IMG/VR virus record: IMGVR_UViG_2974794945_000001
Coordinates: 165,273 to 229,272 of that record
Strand: one strand, 5' to 3'
Length of the DNA stretch: 64,000 nucleotides
Source: a virus
Lineage: Duplodnaviria; Heunggongvirae; Uroviricota; Caudoviricetes
A program made the position numbers and the translations under genes. How positions within the stretch are numbered: position 1 is the first letter of the stretch; every line of letters begins with the position of its first letter. Shown piece after piece: positions 41,067 through 50,173 of the stretch. The notes under the pieces are model-generated. The model saw only the letters and a program-made list of their open reading frames with translations. It was not told the DNA's origin and did not search any database.

Positions 41067-41462
41067 ATGTCCATCCTGCAAACTATCGGCCTCAAACTTC
41101 TCGGTACTGAAGCCCTTGCTACAATCAAGAAAGAAGTAGTTGAAATCACTCGCAAATCCGTGCTAGCTGAAGAAGCTGGTAAATCGATTGGCGAGCGTGT
41201 TGGCTATACCAAACTGAACGATTACGTTCGCGCAGTAAATGCTCAGCCTGCTTACCGCGATGTTATTCTGCGTGCTGCTCTGGGGCACCTGGTCGGCCCA
41301 GATAACGTTAAAGCTCTGGTATCGTCTGCTGTAGAAGCTGAGAAATCTGGCGAAGGTTTCATGAAGAAGAAATCGGCTGTTCTGAAAGATGCTAAACTGT
41401 ACACCACTTCCAAGTCCGAAGCACAAGCTGCTGTCGAACTGGCTGTTCAGTTGACCAAGTAA
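41067..41462 (+). CDS. Hypothetical protein
   Basis: GGAG SD; highly expressed-type codon usage. Confidence 0.65.
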   Translation: MSILQTIGLKLLGTEALATIKKEVVEITRKSVLAEEAGKSIGERVGYTKLNDYVRAVNAQPAYRDVILRAALGHLVGPDNVKALVSSAVEAEKSGEGFMKKKSAVLKDAKLYTTSKSEAQAAVELAVQLTK

Positions 41463-41463
41463 A

Positions 41464-41494
41464 CATAGTGGCTTCCCCTAGGGGAAGCCTTATG
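41464..41494 (+). terminator. CATA-hairpin-TATG element
   Basis: Identical core to 11661-11685. Confidence 0.75.
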
Positions 41495-41514
41495 ATGTGA
41501 TATGGAGATATTAC

Positions 41515-41790
41515 ATGAACAAAGAACTGAATCGCTGGCTAGTGTCAAATGAACAAGTTTATTATACTGAACAAGAAATCAATCAGCTAGTAAACAAACC
41601 CTTAGATCCACAAGGGGCTAACATTGAAGAAGATAATGCTCCACAGGCTCAGGGTGGATTAAAAGCTTTAATCTCCACTGCAGACTTACCTAAAAATCCG
41701 AAAGAGGGTGAGTCATATCAAGTTGGACCAAACCATTGGGTTTGGGCAAATGGACGATGGATGACGACTGAAGGATTGTATGGTCATTAA
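41515..41790 (+). CDS. Small hypothetical protein
   Basis: GGAG SD; flanked by two hairpins. Confidence 0.55.
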   Translation: MNKELNRWLVSNEQVYYTEQEINQLVNKPLDPQGANIEEDNAPQAQGGLKALISTADLPKNPKEGESYQVGPNHWVWANGRWMTTEGLYGH

Positions 41791-41842
41791 TAGCTTCCCC
41801 TAGTGGGAAGCTTTATGTCGTCACTCCAAAAAATCTCAGATC

Positions 41843-41850
41843 TATATTAC
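41843..41850 (+). promoter_or_regulatory. Early promoter core TATATTAC (TCTCAGATC class)
   Basis: Motif match. Confidence 0.75.
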
Positions 41851-41885
41851 TATTCTGACATTAAACACATCAACAAGGTTAGCAA

Positions 41886-42953
41886 ATGAACATTGAAGCA
41901 TCTACTAAATTTACTACCGCATTGGTTGCTTTTCTTTTTGCAAAAGTAGAACTAAACGCCGGTATCAACAGTACCGAATATTGCTTTCCACACGCTATTC
42001 TTTTTACCTCATTAGGCGATAGACTAACATGTCTTACATGTACTAACCTTGAAGGGCAAATACTTTGGAAAGCTTGGAAGATGGATTCTCCTCGGTGCTG
42101 GATAGAAGATGATATTAATTTGATTGTTGAAAAAGAAACGTTTTCTATTAATCAATTAAGCAGTAATCGCAACATCATGTTTTATGATCCCGCTGGCATG
42201 ATTGAAGATTCGAATCTACATAGTCCAGAAAGGCTAATGATCCCTAGTCTGAATGATCAAGTTCGTTATGGTGGACAAATTGGTTGCAAGGGGCAGCACC
42301 CATCTAAAGGTAACTATACTTTTCCAGCTGGTCCTGGAGACTTTCCATTTAATCCAGGTCCAGGTTTGCCCGACATGACGCCAATTTGGCCATTGTCCCA
42401 ACCACCAAAAGAAAACGTCAGGTATGCAACTGACACTACTTCAATCAGAACCAAAGGTGAACCAATGCCACGACAATACCGTCATCCTGATCCTTTACCA
42501 CATCAAGAATACAATTTGGAAGTTCAAGCCAAAATTGATGTAAATATTGGTAATCAACGGGATCGTTTGGATCGCGCTATTTGGCTACTAAAGACAGTTA
42601 CAAATATCTGTAACAGCCGCTTCGGTAATAAAACCACACTGCTTAATACAGCCATTACTAAAGCGTTGCCAGGTGTGGTTGCCAAAGTAACTCGACATGG
42701 TTTCTTCAGTACCAAACAAGTATGGCTTGCTGTTGAACTGGATGAGTTTGTGTTGGCTATTCCAGATGGCTGGAATCCTACCATAGATGAACTCTCCACC
42801 ATTTATGGCATGCATGGTGCTCGTTTGGGTATTGAAGTTATTAGTACCGACCACGGTATTGTTTACCAAAACTCAAATCAACTTACCAACGAATCGTATT
42901 GGGCCGAGCTTCAAAAAATCTGTCCAGCGTATCAATTGTTGCACGTTGACTAA
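41886..42953 (+). CDS. Hypothetical early protein with Pro-rich linker
   Basis: 355-aa ORF with AAGG SD. Confidence 0.6.
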   Translation: MNIEASTKFTTALVAFLFAKVELNAGINSTEYCFPHAILFTSLGDRLTCLTCTNLEGQILWKAWKMDSPRCWIEDDINLIVEKETFSINQLSSNRNIMFYDPAGMIEDSNLHSPERLMIPSLNDQVRYGGQIGCKGQHPSKGNYTFPAGPGDFPFNPGPGLPDMTPIWPLSQPPKENVRYATDTTSIRTKGEPMPRQYRHPDPLPHQEYNLEVQAKIDVNIGNQRDRLDRAIWLLKTVTNICNSRFGNKTTLLNTAITKALPGVVAKVTRHGFFSTKQVWLAVELDEFVLAIPDGWNPTIDELSTIYGMHGARLGIEVISTDHGIVYQNSNQLTNESYWAELQKICPAYQLLHVD

Positions 42954-42972
42954 GTAGAAAGAAACTCAGATC

Positions 42973-42980
42973 TATATTAC
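42973..42980 (+). promoter_or_regulatory. Early promoter core TATATTAC (CTCAGATC class)
   Basis: Motif match. Confidence 0.75.
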
Positions 42981-43014
42981 TACACTGTAATCAACCAAAA
43001 GGGAAACACCTGCA

Positions 43015-43437
43015 ATGACCGATGTATCTAAAATCAATGCTGCTTCGTACTCCGAGAAAAATGGTCTGGCTGACAAGATCACTCTGGCGGATACTGGTAT
43101 CTACACTATCCCCGCTGATCTGGCACAAACGCTGGTTCTTGATCCACTGAATGTATCTGCGGAAACATTCAAAAAGATTGAAAAGGGTTTCACCGAGCTG
43201 GCCGGTGGTGTTGTCTATACCGCTGGTAATCTGGCTGTAGAGCATTTCAAAGCCAACCCAGAAGCTGTCGAGATTGGCTTTAACTATCAGCAAGGTTCTA
43301 TGACTACCGTAAGTGGTCTGTTCAACCGTGATGCCAAAGACCATACTGTACTAGCATTTGAAACCAAGTACAAAACCGCTGACATGAAGCGTGTGTTGTC
43401 GTACTTGGGTGATGAAATCGCAAACATCAACTCGTAA
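43015..43437 (+). CDS. Hypothetical early protein
   Basis: AAGGGA SD; biased codon usage. Confidence 0.7.
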   Translation: MTDVSKINAASYSEKNGLADKITLADTGIYTIPADLAQTLVLDPLNVSAETFKKIEKGFTELAGGVVYTAGNLAVEHFKANPEAVEIGFNYQQGSMTTVSGLFNRDAKDHTVLAFETKYKTADMKRVLSYLGDEIANINS

Positions 43438-43446
43438 GGGTACACA

Positions 43447-43875
43447 GTGAAAAAACCAGATATCGTGGGCATGGAACGTGATAAAGCTTCCATGTATATT
43501 CAACGCATCTTGAAGCAGGAACAAAACGAACTCCCTTCTGGCTACGGTATCTGGTTCAACTGGTATAGTTATCCAGAACTTCGCCGAGGGTATTTGTCTC
43601 ACCCAGTGATGTACAAACTAAACCCCTGGGGACCACCACCGCCAAAGCAAGAAACAATACGGCATGTCAAGATTGTTGGCCGCTTGCGTAAACGTGGAAT
43701 TCTGGGTGTACGTGTTACTGGGCCGATCGAACTCAGTCCTTCAGCGATCAGGGTTCGTGAATATGAACGTACACGTAAAATCGAAGATGAACAACGCTTG
43801 ATCGAAGAGTGGAAAAAACATCACATGCCCCAACACATTCAACGTTACGGGCTACCAGATAATCTGGACTTCTAA
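43447..43875 (+). CDS. Hypothetical basic protein
   Basis: AAGGG SD, then GTG start. Confidence 0.6.
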   Translation: MKKPDIVGMERDKASMYIQRILKQEQNELPSGYGIWFNWYSYPELRRGYLSHPVMYKLNPWGPPPPKQETIRHVKIVGRLRKRGILGVRVTGPIELSPSAIRVREYERTRKIEDEQRLIEEWKKHHMPQHIQRYGLPDNLDF

Positions 43876-43895
43876 TGGTTCGGCAGGCAGTTGTC

Positions 43896-44045
43896 ATGTT
43901 TGAAGCAACAAAAGATTTAATGAACGTTGATTGTCCCTATATCAGTCCCGAATATGAAGTAGCTATGAGTCTTTGGTATCGTGTGCGTAAGTCCACTACC
44001 CTTGTAGCTATCCGTGTTTCTAAAAAGGAAAACAAAGATGTCTGA
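43896..44045 (+). CDS. 49-aa hypothetical protein
   Basis: Hand-translated; fills the gap and overlaps the next start codon. Confidence 0.35.
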   Translation: MFEATKDLMNVDCPYISPEYEVAMSLWYRVRKSTTLVAIRVSKKENKDV

Positions 44046-44283
44046 GTTCAAGAAAATGTTTGTACTGGTTGATGCCCATGGCGTTATCTTCAGCAACGGT
44101 GCAGAACTGTCGCAGCAATTTGCCGCTGAGCGTCTGTCCGTACGTGTAGAAAAAGGCAATCTGAAAAGCATCGTAGTTACTCACCGCAGCAAGCCCGCTG
44201 GCCGTGGTGACATTACTGGTTTTACCATCACCGAAGAAACTGGCTATGCCAATGCTTTCGCCCCAGCAACTCAAGCGGCGTAA
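44038..44283 (+). CDS. Hypothetical protein
   Basis: AAGGA SD; biased codon usage. Confidence 0.65.
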   Translation: MSEFKKMFVLVDAHGVIFSNGAELSQQFAAERLSVRVEKGNLKSIVVTHRSKPAGRGDITGFTITEETGYANAFAPATQAA

Positions 44284-44647
44284 TCAACTGCTTGATATTC
44301 CGGATGTGTCTAAAAAGTATTTGCTAGGTGACTTACATAAAAAACAACGCATGCTGGATCGTCGTTCTCCTGGCATTGTAAAGATTTTTGTAAAGCACGT
44401 TGCACAGAAACTGTATGCTTGGGATGTTGTTATTAATGATAACAAATCCGAGTTTGATCCGATTGTATTAGAGGGACGTTTTCCTTTGACGCGGATCTAC
44501 GGTAATGTGTACCACGCGTACTTTGATGTACCACGGGGTGATCAAGTAGAATTGATTGTTCATTGGAATGGTGGCCATGTAATGTTAGCATGCCCTGGTC
44601 GTCCATGGAATGTCTATTGTCAAGTAGGTAATGATGGCCCAGCGTAA
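44204..44647 (+). CDS. Hypothetical protein (true start probably after 44283)
   Basis: ORF track; fills the operon gap. Confidence 0.45.
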   Translation: MVTLLVLPSPKKLAMPMLSPQQLKRRNQLLDIPDVSKKYLLGDLHKKQRMLDRRSPGIVKIFVKHVAQKLYAWDVVINDNKSEFDPIVLEGRFPLTRIYGNVYHAYFDVPRGDQVELIVHWNGGHVMLACPGRPWNVYCQVGNDGPA

Positions 44648-45080
44648 ATGGAAAAAATTGGTTGAACGAACCAGTGAAGAAAAAGCAATGGCACGTGCTT
44701 TGGTTAAGCTGCGTGAGTATTTGCGCTCTCAGTCAAAAAGCACTACGGGTGTAGTTACCCGTAAGATCTCCGGTAATGGTCGTGAATTGCTGGTCGGGAT
44801 TGCCAAAAGTGGTTCAATGACAGTAACTCTACAAATGGGTAAAAGCCATTACTACACTTCCATGAACACAGAACAAGAAGTTCATCTACAATACACTGTA
44901 CCAATCCCAAAATGGGACCCGGACCAGGATCAAATTGTGAACATCCTGAAATCTGCTTTCAAACGGTTCTACCCAGAGTACAATGTCAAAGCCAAAACAA
45001 CTTCGGCAGCGACTATTGCAAAACGATTGATTCCTGAAGGCTATGCTTCTTCAATCAATACCGATTACTCAGGGCGTTAA
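44631..45080 (+). CDS. Hypothetical basic protein
   Basis: 149-aa ORF with AGG SD. Confidence 0.6.
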   Translation: MMAQRKWKKLVERTSEEKAMARALVKLREYLRSQSKSTTGVVTRKISGNGRELLVGIAKSGSMTVTLQMGKSHYYTSMNTEQEVHLQYTVPIPKWDPDQDQIVNILKSAFKRFYPEYNVKAKTTSAATIAKRLIPEGYASSINTDYSGR

Positions 45081-45183
45081 TAAAGAAATACCTATTCTGT
45101 CAATAGAATAGGAACACTGCTGTAAAGTGAGGGTCCTTCGGGACCCAACACTCAATTCTTTTTTATACAAGAGGCTGTACTTA

Positions 45184-46260
45184 ATGACTCAAGATGTTCA
45201 ATTCGTTGCTCCGTTTATTGTTCTGGAAGGTGACGAAGGTACCGGTAAAGGGACTGTTGCTCTGGAAGTAGTTGCAAAGCTGACTGCTAAAGGTATTCCA
45301 TTTGTTCACACACGTGAACCAGGTGGTACCGAAATGGGTGAAGTGCTGCGTCAACAACTGTTGATGAAACGTGAAGCCAAATTGGAACACGTTACACAGA
45401 TCTTGCTGCATCAAGCTTATCGTAAAGAACACGTTGAGAAAGTAATCAGTCCTGCTTTGCAAGCTGGTGTAGTTGTCCTGAGTGAGCGATTCTTCATGTC
45501 GACTCTGGCACTAAACATCATGCCTTACTTGGACCCTACAGATCCACAGAGCGAAGGCAATCAGCTGTATCAACTTTTCATGGACACCATGCCTCACGTT
45601 GCATCGGGTGTTATTGAACCTATTACTTTCCTGCTAAACATTGACGACGAAGAAGTTCGTAAACAACGTTTGGTGGGTCGTGAACTTGATGCTTATGAAT
45701 CCCGTTCCCCAGAAGAACTGGAAGGTACTACTCAAGCGTACAAGATGTTCCAAAAGCATCCGACCACTATTACTCTGGACGCCACTCAGTCACCAAGTGA
45801 TTTGGCTGACCGTATTGTTTCCCAGATTGAAGAACAAATCAAACTGGCTAAAGATCAAGCTCTGGAGTTTGCTGAGCAAGAAAGCAAACGTGAACAAGCG
45901 GTGCAAGTTGAAGAACAAGGGGTTAAACTCCCAGAAGAACTTACGGCACTGGATGATGGTGTTAAAGCACCAGTAGTTGAAGAGAAGCCATTTGATCTGC
46001 AAGGTTCTGTAGAAGAATTCCTGGCTGAAAACCTGGTACCTGCTCTGTTCAACCACGATGCTGAACAAGTAGAAAAGTATCTGCCAACTGCACGATCTTA
46101 TGTATTGTCTGTTTACAACCAGATTCAAGATCCAGGTTTGTTCTTGGGTCAGAACCGTGCTCAGCTGCGTACTAACATGCACAGCATTTTCCACTACGGT
46201 CACCAAATGGATCTGTTGCGTGAACGCATTGCAACCACTCCCGCTGCTGAAACAGTATAA
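45184..46260 (+). CDS. tmk: Thymidylate kinase with C-terminal extension
   Basis: FIVLEGDEGTGKGT, TREPGGT, HVEKVISPAL and VLSERF motifs. Confidence 0.9.
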   Translation: MTQDVQFVAPFIVLEGDEGTGKGTVALEVVAKLTAKGIPFVHTREPGGTEMGEVLRQQLLMKREAKLEHVTQILLHQAYRKEHVEKVISPALQAGVVVLSERFFMSTLALNIMPYLDPTDPQSEGNQLYQLFMDTMPHVASGVIEPITFLLNIDDEEVRKQRLVGRELDAYESRSPEELEGTTQAYKMFQKHPTTITLDATQSPSDLADRIVSQIEEQIKLAKDQALEFAEQESKREQAVQVEEQGVKLPEELTALDDGVKAPVVEEKPFDLQGSVEEFLAENLVPALFNHDAEQVEKYLPTARSYVLSVYNQIQDPGLFLGQNRAQLRTNMHSIFHYGHQMDLLRERIATTPAAETV

Positions 46261-46272
46261 CAAGGAACACAA

Positions 46273-46506
46273 ATGCAAGTGAGTAATAAACCTTCATCTA
46301 CCCCAGTCAGTGAATTGGGTGAACTAGACGATTACATTGGTCGAAGTTTCTTGATCAAACGAAATAATCAAGTCACGTGTGTTAAACTTGAAAAGGTTAA
46401 ACGCCGTGTTGTGTACTTAACTCATCCAGGTCGTGATGATGGGTTTACTGTACCAATTGAAAAGTTTCGGGAATATTACCACTTGCTTCCTAGCAGTAAG
46501 GTTTAA
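46273..46506 (+). CDS. Hypothetical protein
   Basis: AAGGA SD; terminator follows. Confidence 0.55.
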   Translation: MQVSNKPSSTPVSELGELDDYIGRSFLIKRNNQVTCVKLEKVKRRVVYLTHPGRDDGFTVPIEKFREYYHLLPSSKV

Positions 46507-46510
46507 TAAG

Positions 46511-46536
46511 AGCCTCCCTTTTGGGGAGGCTTTATT
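46511..46536 (+). terminator. Intrinsic terminator
   Basis: AGCCTCCC/GGGAGGCT-TTATT; near-identical copy at 48995. Confidence 0.7.
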
Positions 46537-46552
46537 CCGTAAGGATTAGAAA

Positions 46553-46792
46553 ATGGCAACGCGTGAATTTAAGAAAGATGAATGGTTAGTTGAAAAACAG
46601 CATACTTACCAAGTTCTTGTAGTGACTAAAGACTTCGTAACTATTCAATCTTGTTACGCTATGGCGGCTGCATGGTTACAATGGTTTCAAGATAATGGCT
46701 GGGAATTGGCAGCCCCTTCAATTGAAGTGCCACCAGCTTACCGTGACTGGGACCGCATGTATATCACTACCTTCAGAAGAATTCCATTCTAG
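46553..46792 (+). CDS. Hypothetical protein
   Basis: AAGGA SD. Confidence 0.6.
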   Translation: MATREFKKDEWLVEKQHTYQVLVVTKDFVTIQSCYAMAAAWLQWFQDNGWELAAPSIEVPPAYRDWDRMYITTFRRIPF

Positions 46793-46801
46793 GAAATAAT
46801 A

Positions 46802-47245
46802 ATGCCTCTTACACGAAATAGTAACGAGCAGAAAATTGCAGACATTCTATTCAGTATTGAACAGTATCTGGCAGATAAAGAAGATATAGTCTACAGTACC
46901 ACATCTGAAGGGTTTTTGTTTCAATCACCAAATGGCCATAATCGTTGTGTTTTGGCACGAGAAAAAACAGTACATGGTTGCTGGAGATTGGAATGTGACA
47001 ATGTCACTGAAGACTGGACTCGTACTGTATTAGCAATTCTTCCCGACAATGAAGCCATTCATGTTTTACCTGAAATGATTCGTCGTTGGTGTCACGGCAC
47101 AGGGGCACTGTTTAACGTAAGACCAAATGGTAACATTCCTGCTTATCAAGCATGTCGTACCAACGGCAAAAATCATCGTCTTCCTTTAGGTGTAGACTAC
47201 AACGAATACACCACTATAAAAACTGACCGGCCTAAGGAAAATTAA
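46802..47245 (+). CDS. Hypothetical protein
   Basis: AGGA SD. Confidence 0.6.
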   Translation: MPLTRNSNEQKIADILFSIEQYLADKEDIVYSTTSEGFLFQSPNGHNRCVLAREKTVHGCWRLECDNVTEDWTRTVLAILPDNEAIHVLPEMIRRWCHGTGALFNVRPNGNIPAYQACRTNGKNHRLPLGVDYNEYTTIKTDRPKEN

Positions 47246-47919
47246 TGAAGTACCTAACACTGTTTTTCATTATGTTATTTGCTTCAATTACCCAGGCAGC
47301 AGAACCTTTGCGTTGGGTAGGGGTACCTGTTTTCTATTCCAAATTTATTCCTAAAGTAGCTCAATGTGAATATACCACAGAAGCCCGATATGGTTTTTGT
47401 GGTTGGGCATTGTATCCTGAGGAAGGAGAACTTGGAGTAACGTCATTTGATGGTCAAATAAAAGAAGCATTCCTAGTTCGGTTTTATGATGAAATCACAT
47501 GCGTAAAGGGCACATGTAAATCTAATTACGGTGAACCCCGTGGCCAGTCTAGTAACCTAACAACGTCGTATTGGTATATCCCAAAAGGATTCTATCTTAC
47601 TGAACTAAATGGAATTGCCACTGCTGTTAAATATGGCAATGGTCCCCAAGCCAGTAAGTACCCTATTCGGGCGGTTAAGATCTTGCCTGAGTACAATGAT
47701 TATCCAGATGGTCAGTATGTGCCAGAAGAATCAGAACGTCTCTTATATGACGTCTGGTGCAATGACGGAAACATGTGTAGTTACATGGGTCGTGAACTAA
47801 CCTTTAACGACTTGCGTAAGTACATACCAGCACGTTTAACTACACGTTGCAATAATCAGTTTTGTTATAATGAACAAAATCGAGTAGCTGGAATCAATCC
47901 AAAGTCATTAATCCCTTAA
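47245..47919 (+). CDS. Secreted Cys-rich protein
   Basis: Sec signal MKYLTLFFIMLFASITQA|AE and four Cys pairs. Confidence 0.65.
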   Translation: MKYLTLFFIMLFASITQAAEPLRWVGVPVFYSKFIPKVAQCEYTTEARYGFCGWALYPEEGELGVTSFDGQIKEAFLVRFYDEITCVKGTCKSNYGEPRGQSSNLTTSYWYIPKGFYLTELNGIATAVKYGNGPQASKYPIRAVKILPEYNDYPDGQYVPEESERLLYDVWCNDGNMCSYMGRELTFNDLRKYIPARLTTRCNNQFCYNEQNRVAGINPKSLIP

Positions 47920-47925
47920 GACAAA

Positions 47926-47956
47926 CATAACGGCTCTCCCAAAGGAGAGCCTTGTG
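47926..47956 (+). terminator. CATA-hairpin element
   Basis: GGCTCTCC-CAAA-GGAGAGCC. Confidence 0.7.
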
Positions 47957-47990
47957 CCATATTTTCTTTTATTTAAAAGTTTTATAACAC

Positions 47991-47998
47991 TATATTAC
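47991..47998 (+). promoter_or_regulatory. Early promoter core TATATTAC
   Basis: Motif match with TTTAAAA upstream. Confidence 0.7.
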
Positions 47999-48033
47999 TT
48001 TTTTGACAATGCAGTCAAAATTAGGAGCTTTAT

Positions 48034-48417
48034 ATGTCTTTTGTTAAAATTAGTTTGGCGTTGGTTGTAGGCGTTATTGGTGGTGTTGCTGGCGGCATTG
48101 CAATAAAAAGTATTCATGATCTTGAAAAAGACCAAGTGGCTAAAAGCCATGCTAGATATCAAGAACAAGAAATTATTAACCTGTTGAACGCACGCTACCG
48201 TTCAATGGTGGAGTATTCTTTGGCAGAGCTTACCGCAGATTGGGCACGTGCAACCGAGGATAAAGAAAGATTGTGGGAGCATGGTATTTCCGCCGTAGTT
48301 TACGGTAAATGTTTTGCCGAGCTGCAAGATTCACATTACTCTTTTCATGTTAAAGGGGTGGTTTCAAGAGAACTGGACAAATTGTTTGAAGAGTACAAAG
48401 TTTGCAAATTGGTGTAA
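48034..48417 (+). CDS. Membrane-anchored hypothetical protein
   Basis: AGGAG SD; N-terminal Gly-rich TM segment. Confidence 0.65.
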   Translation: MSFVKISLALVVGVIGGVAGGIAIKSIHDLEKDQVAKSHARYQEQEIINLLNARYRSMVEYSLAELTADWARATEDKERLWEHGISAVVYGKCFAELQDSHYSFHVKGVVSRELDKLFEEYKVCKLV

Positions 48418-48426
48418 TGTAATAAT

Positions 48427-48448
48427 GGCCTACCCTTTGGGGTAGGCT
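48427..48448 (+). terminator. Intrinsic terminator
   Basis: GGCCTACCC/GGGTAGGCT with a T-tract downstream. Confidence 0.7.
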
Positions 48449-48508
48449 AAACATTATTTTTTTTTTGTTCAATCCCATGTGTTATAAAAAGCCCCATTAG
48501 GAGGGGAC

Positions 48509-48991
48509 ATGGTAATCACGCATAATACCATCACAGAGATCAATGAGCAAACACTCAGGGGTCTTCCTATCGGGTATTACGGAAAAGAAGATGATCTATC
48601 TGACGTTCCGAGGATGCTGGGCGATTGGAACATTCGCACAATCAGTGACAGTAGGTGCCCTGGTACCGGTTACATCGTTGCTGTACCATCAAACGCTAGG
48701 ACTCGTTTAGTCTACATGGAAGGCCGACTTACTTGGTTGAAGGCTCTTGGGTTCTCTCAAGAACAAGCTCTTAAGTATTATCGTGCTGGTATGACGGTGA
48801 GTCGTAAGTGGGATCACGAGGTGGCATTGTTTGTTTTAAACAATATCAAAATGGATGAATTTGTTTTAGATGTAATGTTAGCTAGCCACAACCCTAAAAA
48901 GGTTGGGGAAAAGTACGACATCTATACACGAAGTACTCGTGGGAAAGTGTTAGCAGGATGTCAAATACTAAAGAACATGCTAACCTATTAA
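48509..48991 (+). CDS. Hypothetical protein
   Basis: GGAGG SD; flanked by terminators. Confidence 0.65.
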   Translation: MVITHNTITEINEQTLRGLPIGYYGKEDDLSDVPRMLGDWNIRTISDSRCPGTGYIVAVPSNARTRLVYMEGRLTWLKALGFSQEQALKYYRAGMTVSRKWDHEVALFVLNNIKMDEFVLDVMLASHNPKKVGEKYDIYTRSTRGKVLAGCQILKNMLTY

Positions 48992-48994
48992 AAT

Positions 48995-49020
48995 AGCCTC
49001 CCTTTGGGGAGGCTTTATTT
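48995..49020 (+). terminator. Intrinsic terminator
   Basis: AGCCTCCC-TTTG-GGGAGGCT-TTATTT. Confidence 0.7.
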
Positions 49021-49064
49021 TGCCTTTATTACTATGTTTAATTATCCAAGCGAGTATTTCACCC

Positions 49065-49499
49065 ATGGCTCTGTTTTTTATTGATTGCGAATTTGAAGAC
49101 TCAACCCGTACACTCATCTCACTGGGTATTGTGAGTGAAGATGGGCAACGCGAGTTCTATGAAGTCCTACCATTTTCCAATGTACGCGAACAATGGGTGC
49201 TCGACAATGTTGTACCTATTCTAAAGAAAGCTCCCATCACATTTGAAGCATTCCAAGCTAAGCTTACTGCATTTGTAAGTCAGTTCCCTGGTATGACTAT
49301 CATAGCAGATCACATTAACGACATAGCTTACTTTAGTCGTGCCTTAGATAAAGGTATGGGTAAATGGGTTATGATTCAACCGTTGACCATGATTGTAGAT
49401 GATGAGCTCTCCGCTAAGAAATCTGTAGTTTTACACAACGCCCTTTCCGACGCTCGTGCAATTCGCGATAGTTTTCTTAAGAAAGAAGGGTTGACCTAA
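49065..49499 (+). CDS. DEDDh 3'-5' exonuclease
   Basis: FIDCEF (ExoI), DHINDI (ExoII) and HNALSDA (ExoIII). Confidence 0.8.
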   Translation: MALFFIDCEFEDSTRTLISLGIVSEDGQREFYEVLPFSNVREQWVLDNVVPILKKAPITFEAFQAKLTAFVSQFPGMTIIADHINDIAYFSRALDKGMGKWVMIQPLTMIVDDELSAKKSVVLHNALSDARAIRDSFLKKEGLT

Positions 49500-49519
49500 T
49501 ACCTATATGGAACCTCCTC

Positions 49520-50173
49520 ATGTCAAAGAATTATAATCGGATGACGTCACGCCCTAACCGAAAGAATCGTCCAGAAACGCTTCTGCGGTTGCTCATGTCT
49601 ACGTCTTATCCCCATTCGTCACTTGCTGATCTGATGTTTGCATTCTCTGATCATTCTGGGCCTAAGGACCAAGAAGAACTTGATGCAATTGCTGATGAGA
49701 TGACTGCAGTTGAACGTCAATTTGGGATGACTGATTTTATTCGTACGATCGAAGTACTGCGTAATAAAGATCAGGTGACAATTGTTATCCGCACTTTGGA
49801 TTTTGATCCTAGTGTCCGTGAGATTGTAGACAACAATCAAACCCACGTTGAACTTGCACGGATTGCATTTCATTTACCTGCAGAAAATACACAACTTACT
49901 GACCTTGATAATTTAGCCGCAATGCTTGTTAACATGTTCCGTAAAGCACAGCAAGATAATATTCGAGCTGATCGTGTATGGCGACTACGCCAACGTCCTA
50001 CCACTAAAGGCAATGCAAAGTTAGGTAACGCTGATGTTCCTGCTGTCGAGGAACTGATTGATACCAATACTGTTATTGCTTTACTAACTGCTTCGTTAAG
50101 TAAACAAAGATTCCATGTTGTGCTAACCCATAACACCATTCTTTTGTTTGATCAACAACGCAGCTTGAAATGA
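49520..50173 (+). CDS. Hypothetical protein
   Basis: 217-aa ORF with a terminator after it. Confidence 0.6.
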   Translation: MSKNYNRMTSRPNRKNRPETLLRLLMSTSYPHSSLADLMFAFSDHSGPKDQEELDAIADEMTAVERQFGMTDFIRTIEVLRNKDQVTIVIRTLDFDPSVREIVDNNQTHVELARIAFHLPAENTQLTDLDNLAAMLVNMFRKAQQDNIRADRVWRLRQRPTTKGNAKLGNADVPAVEELIDTNTVIALLTASLSKQRFHVVLTHNTILLFDQQRSLK

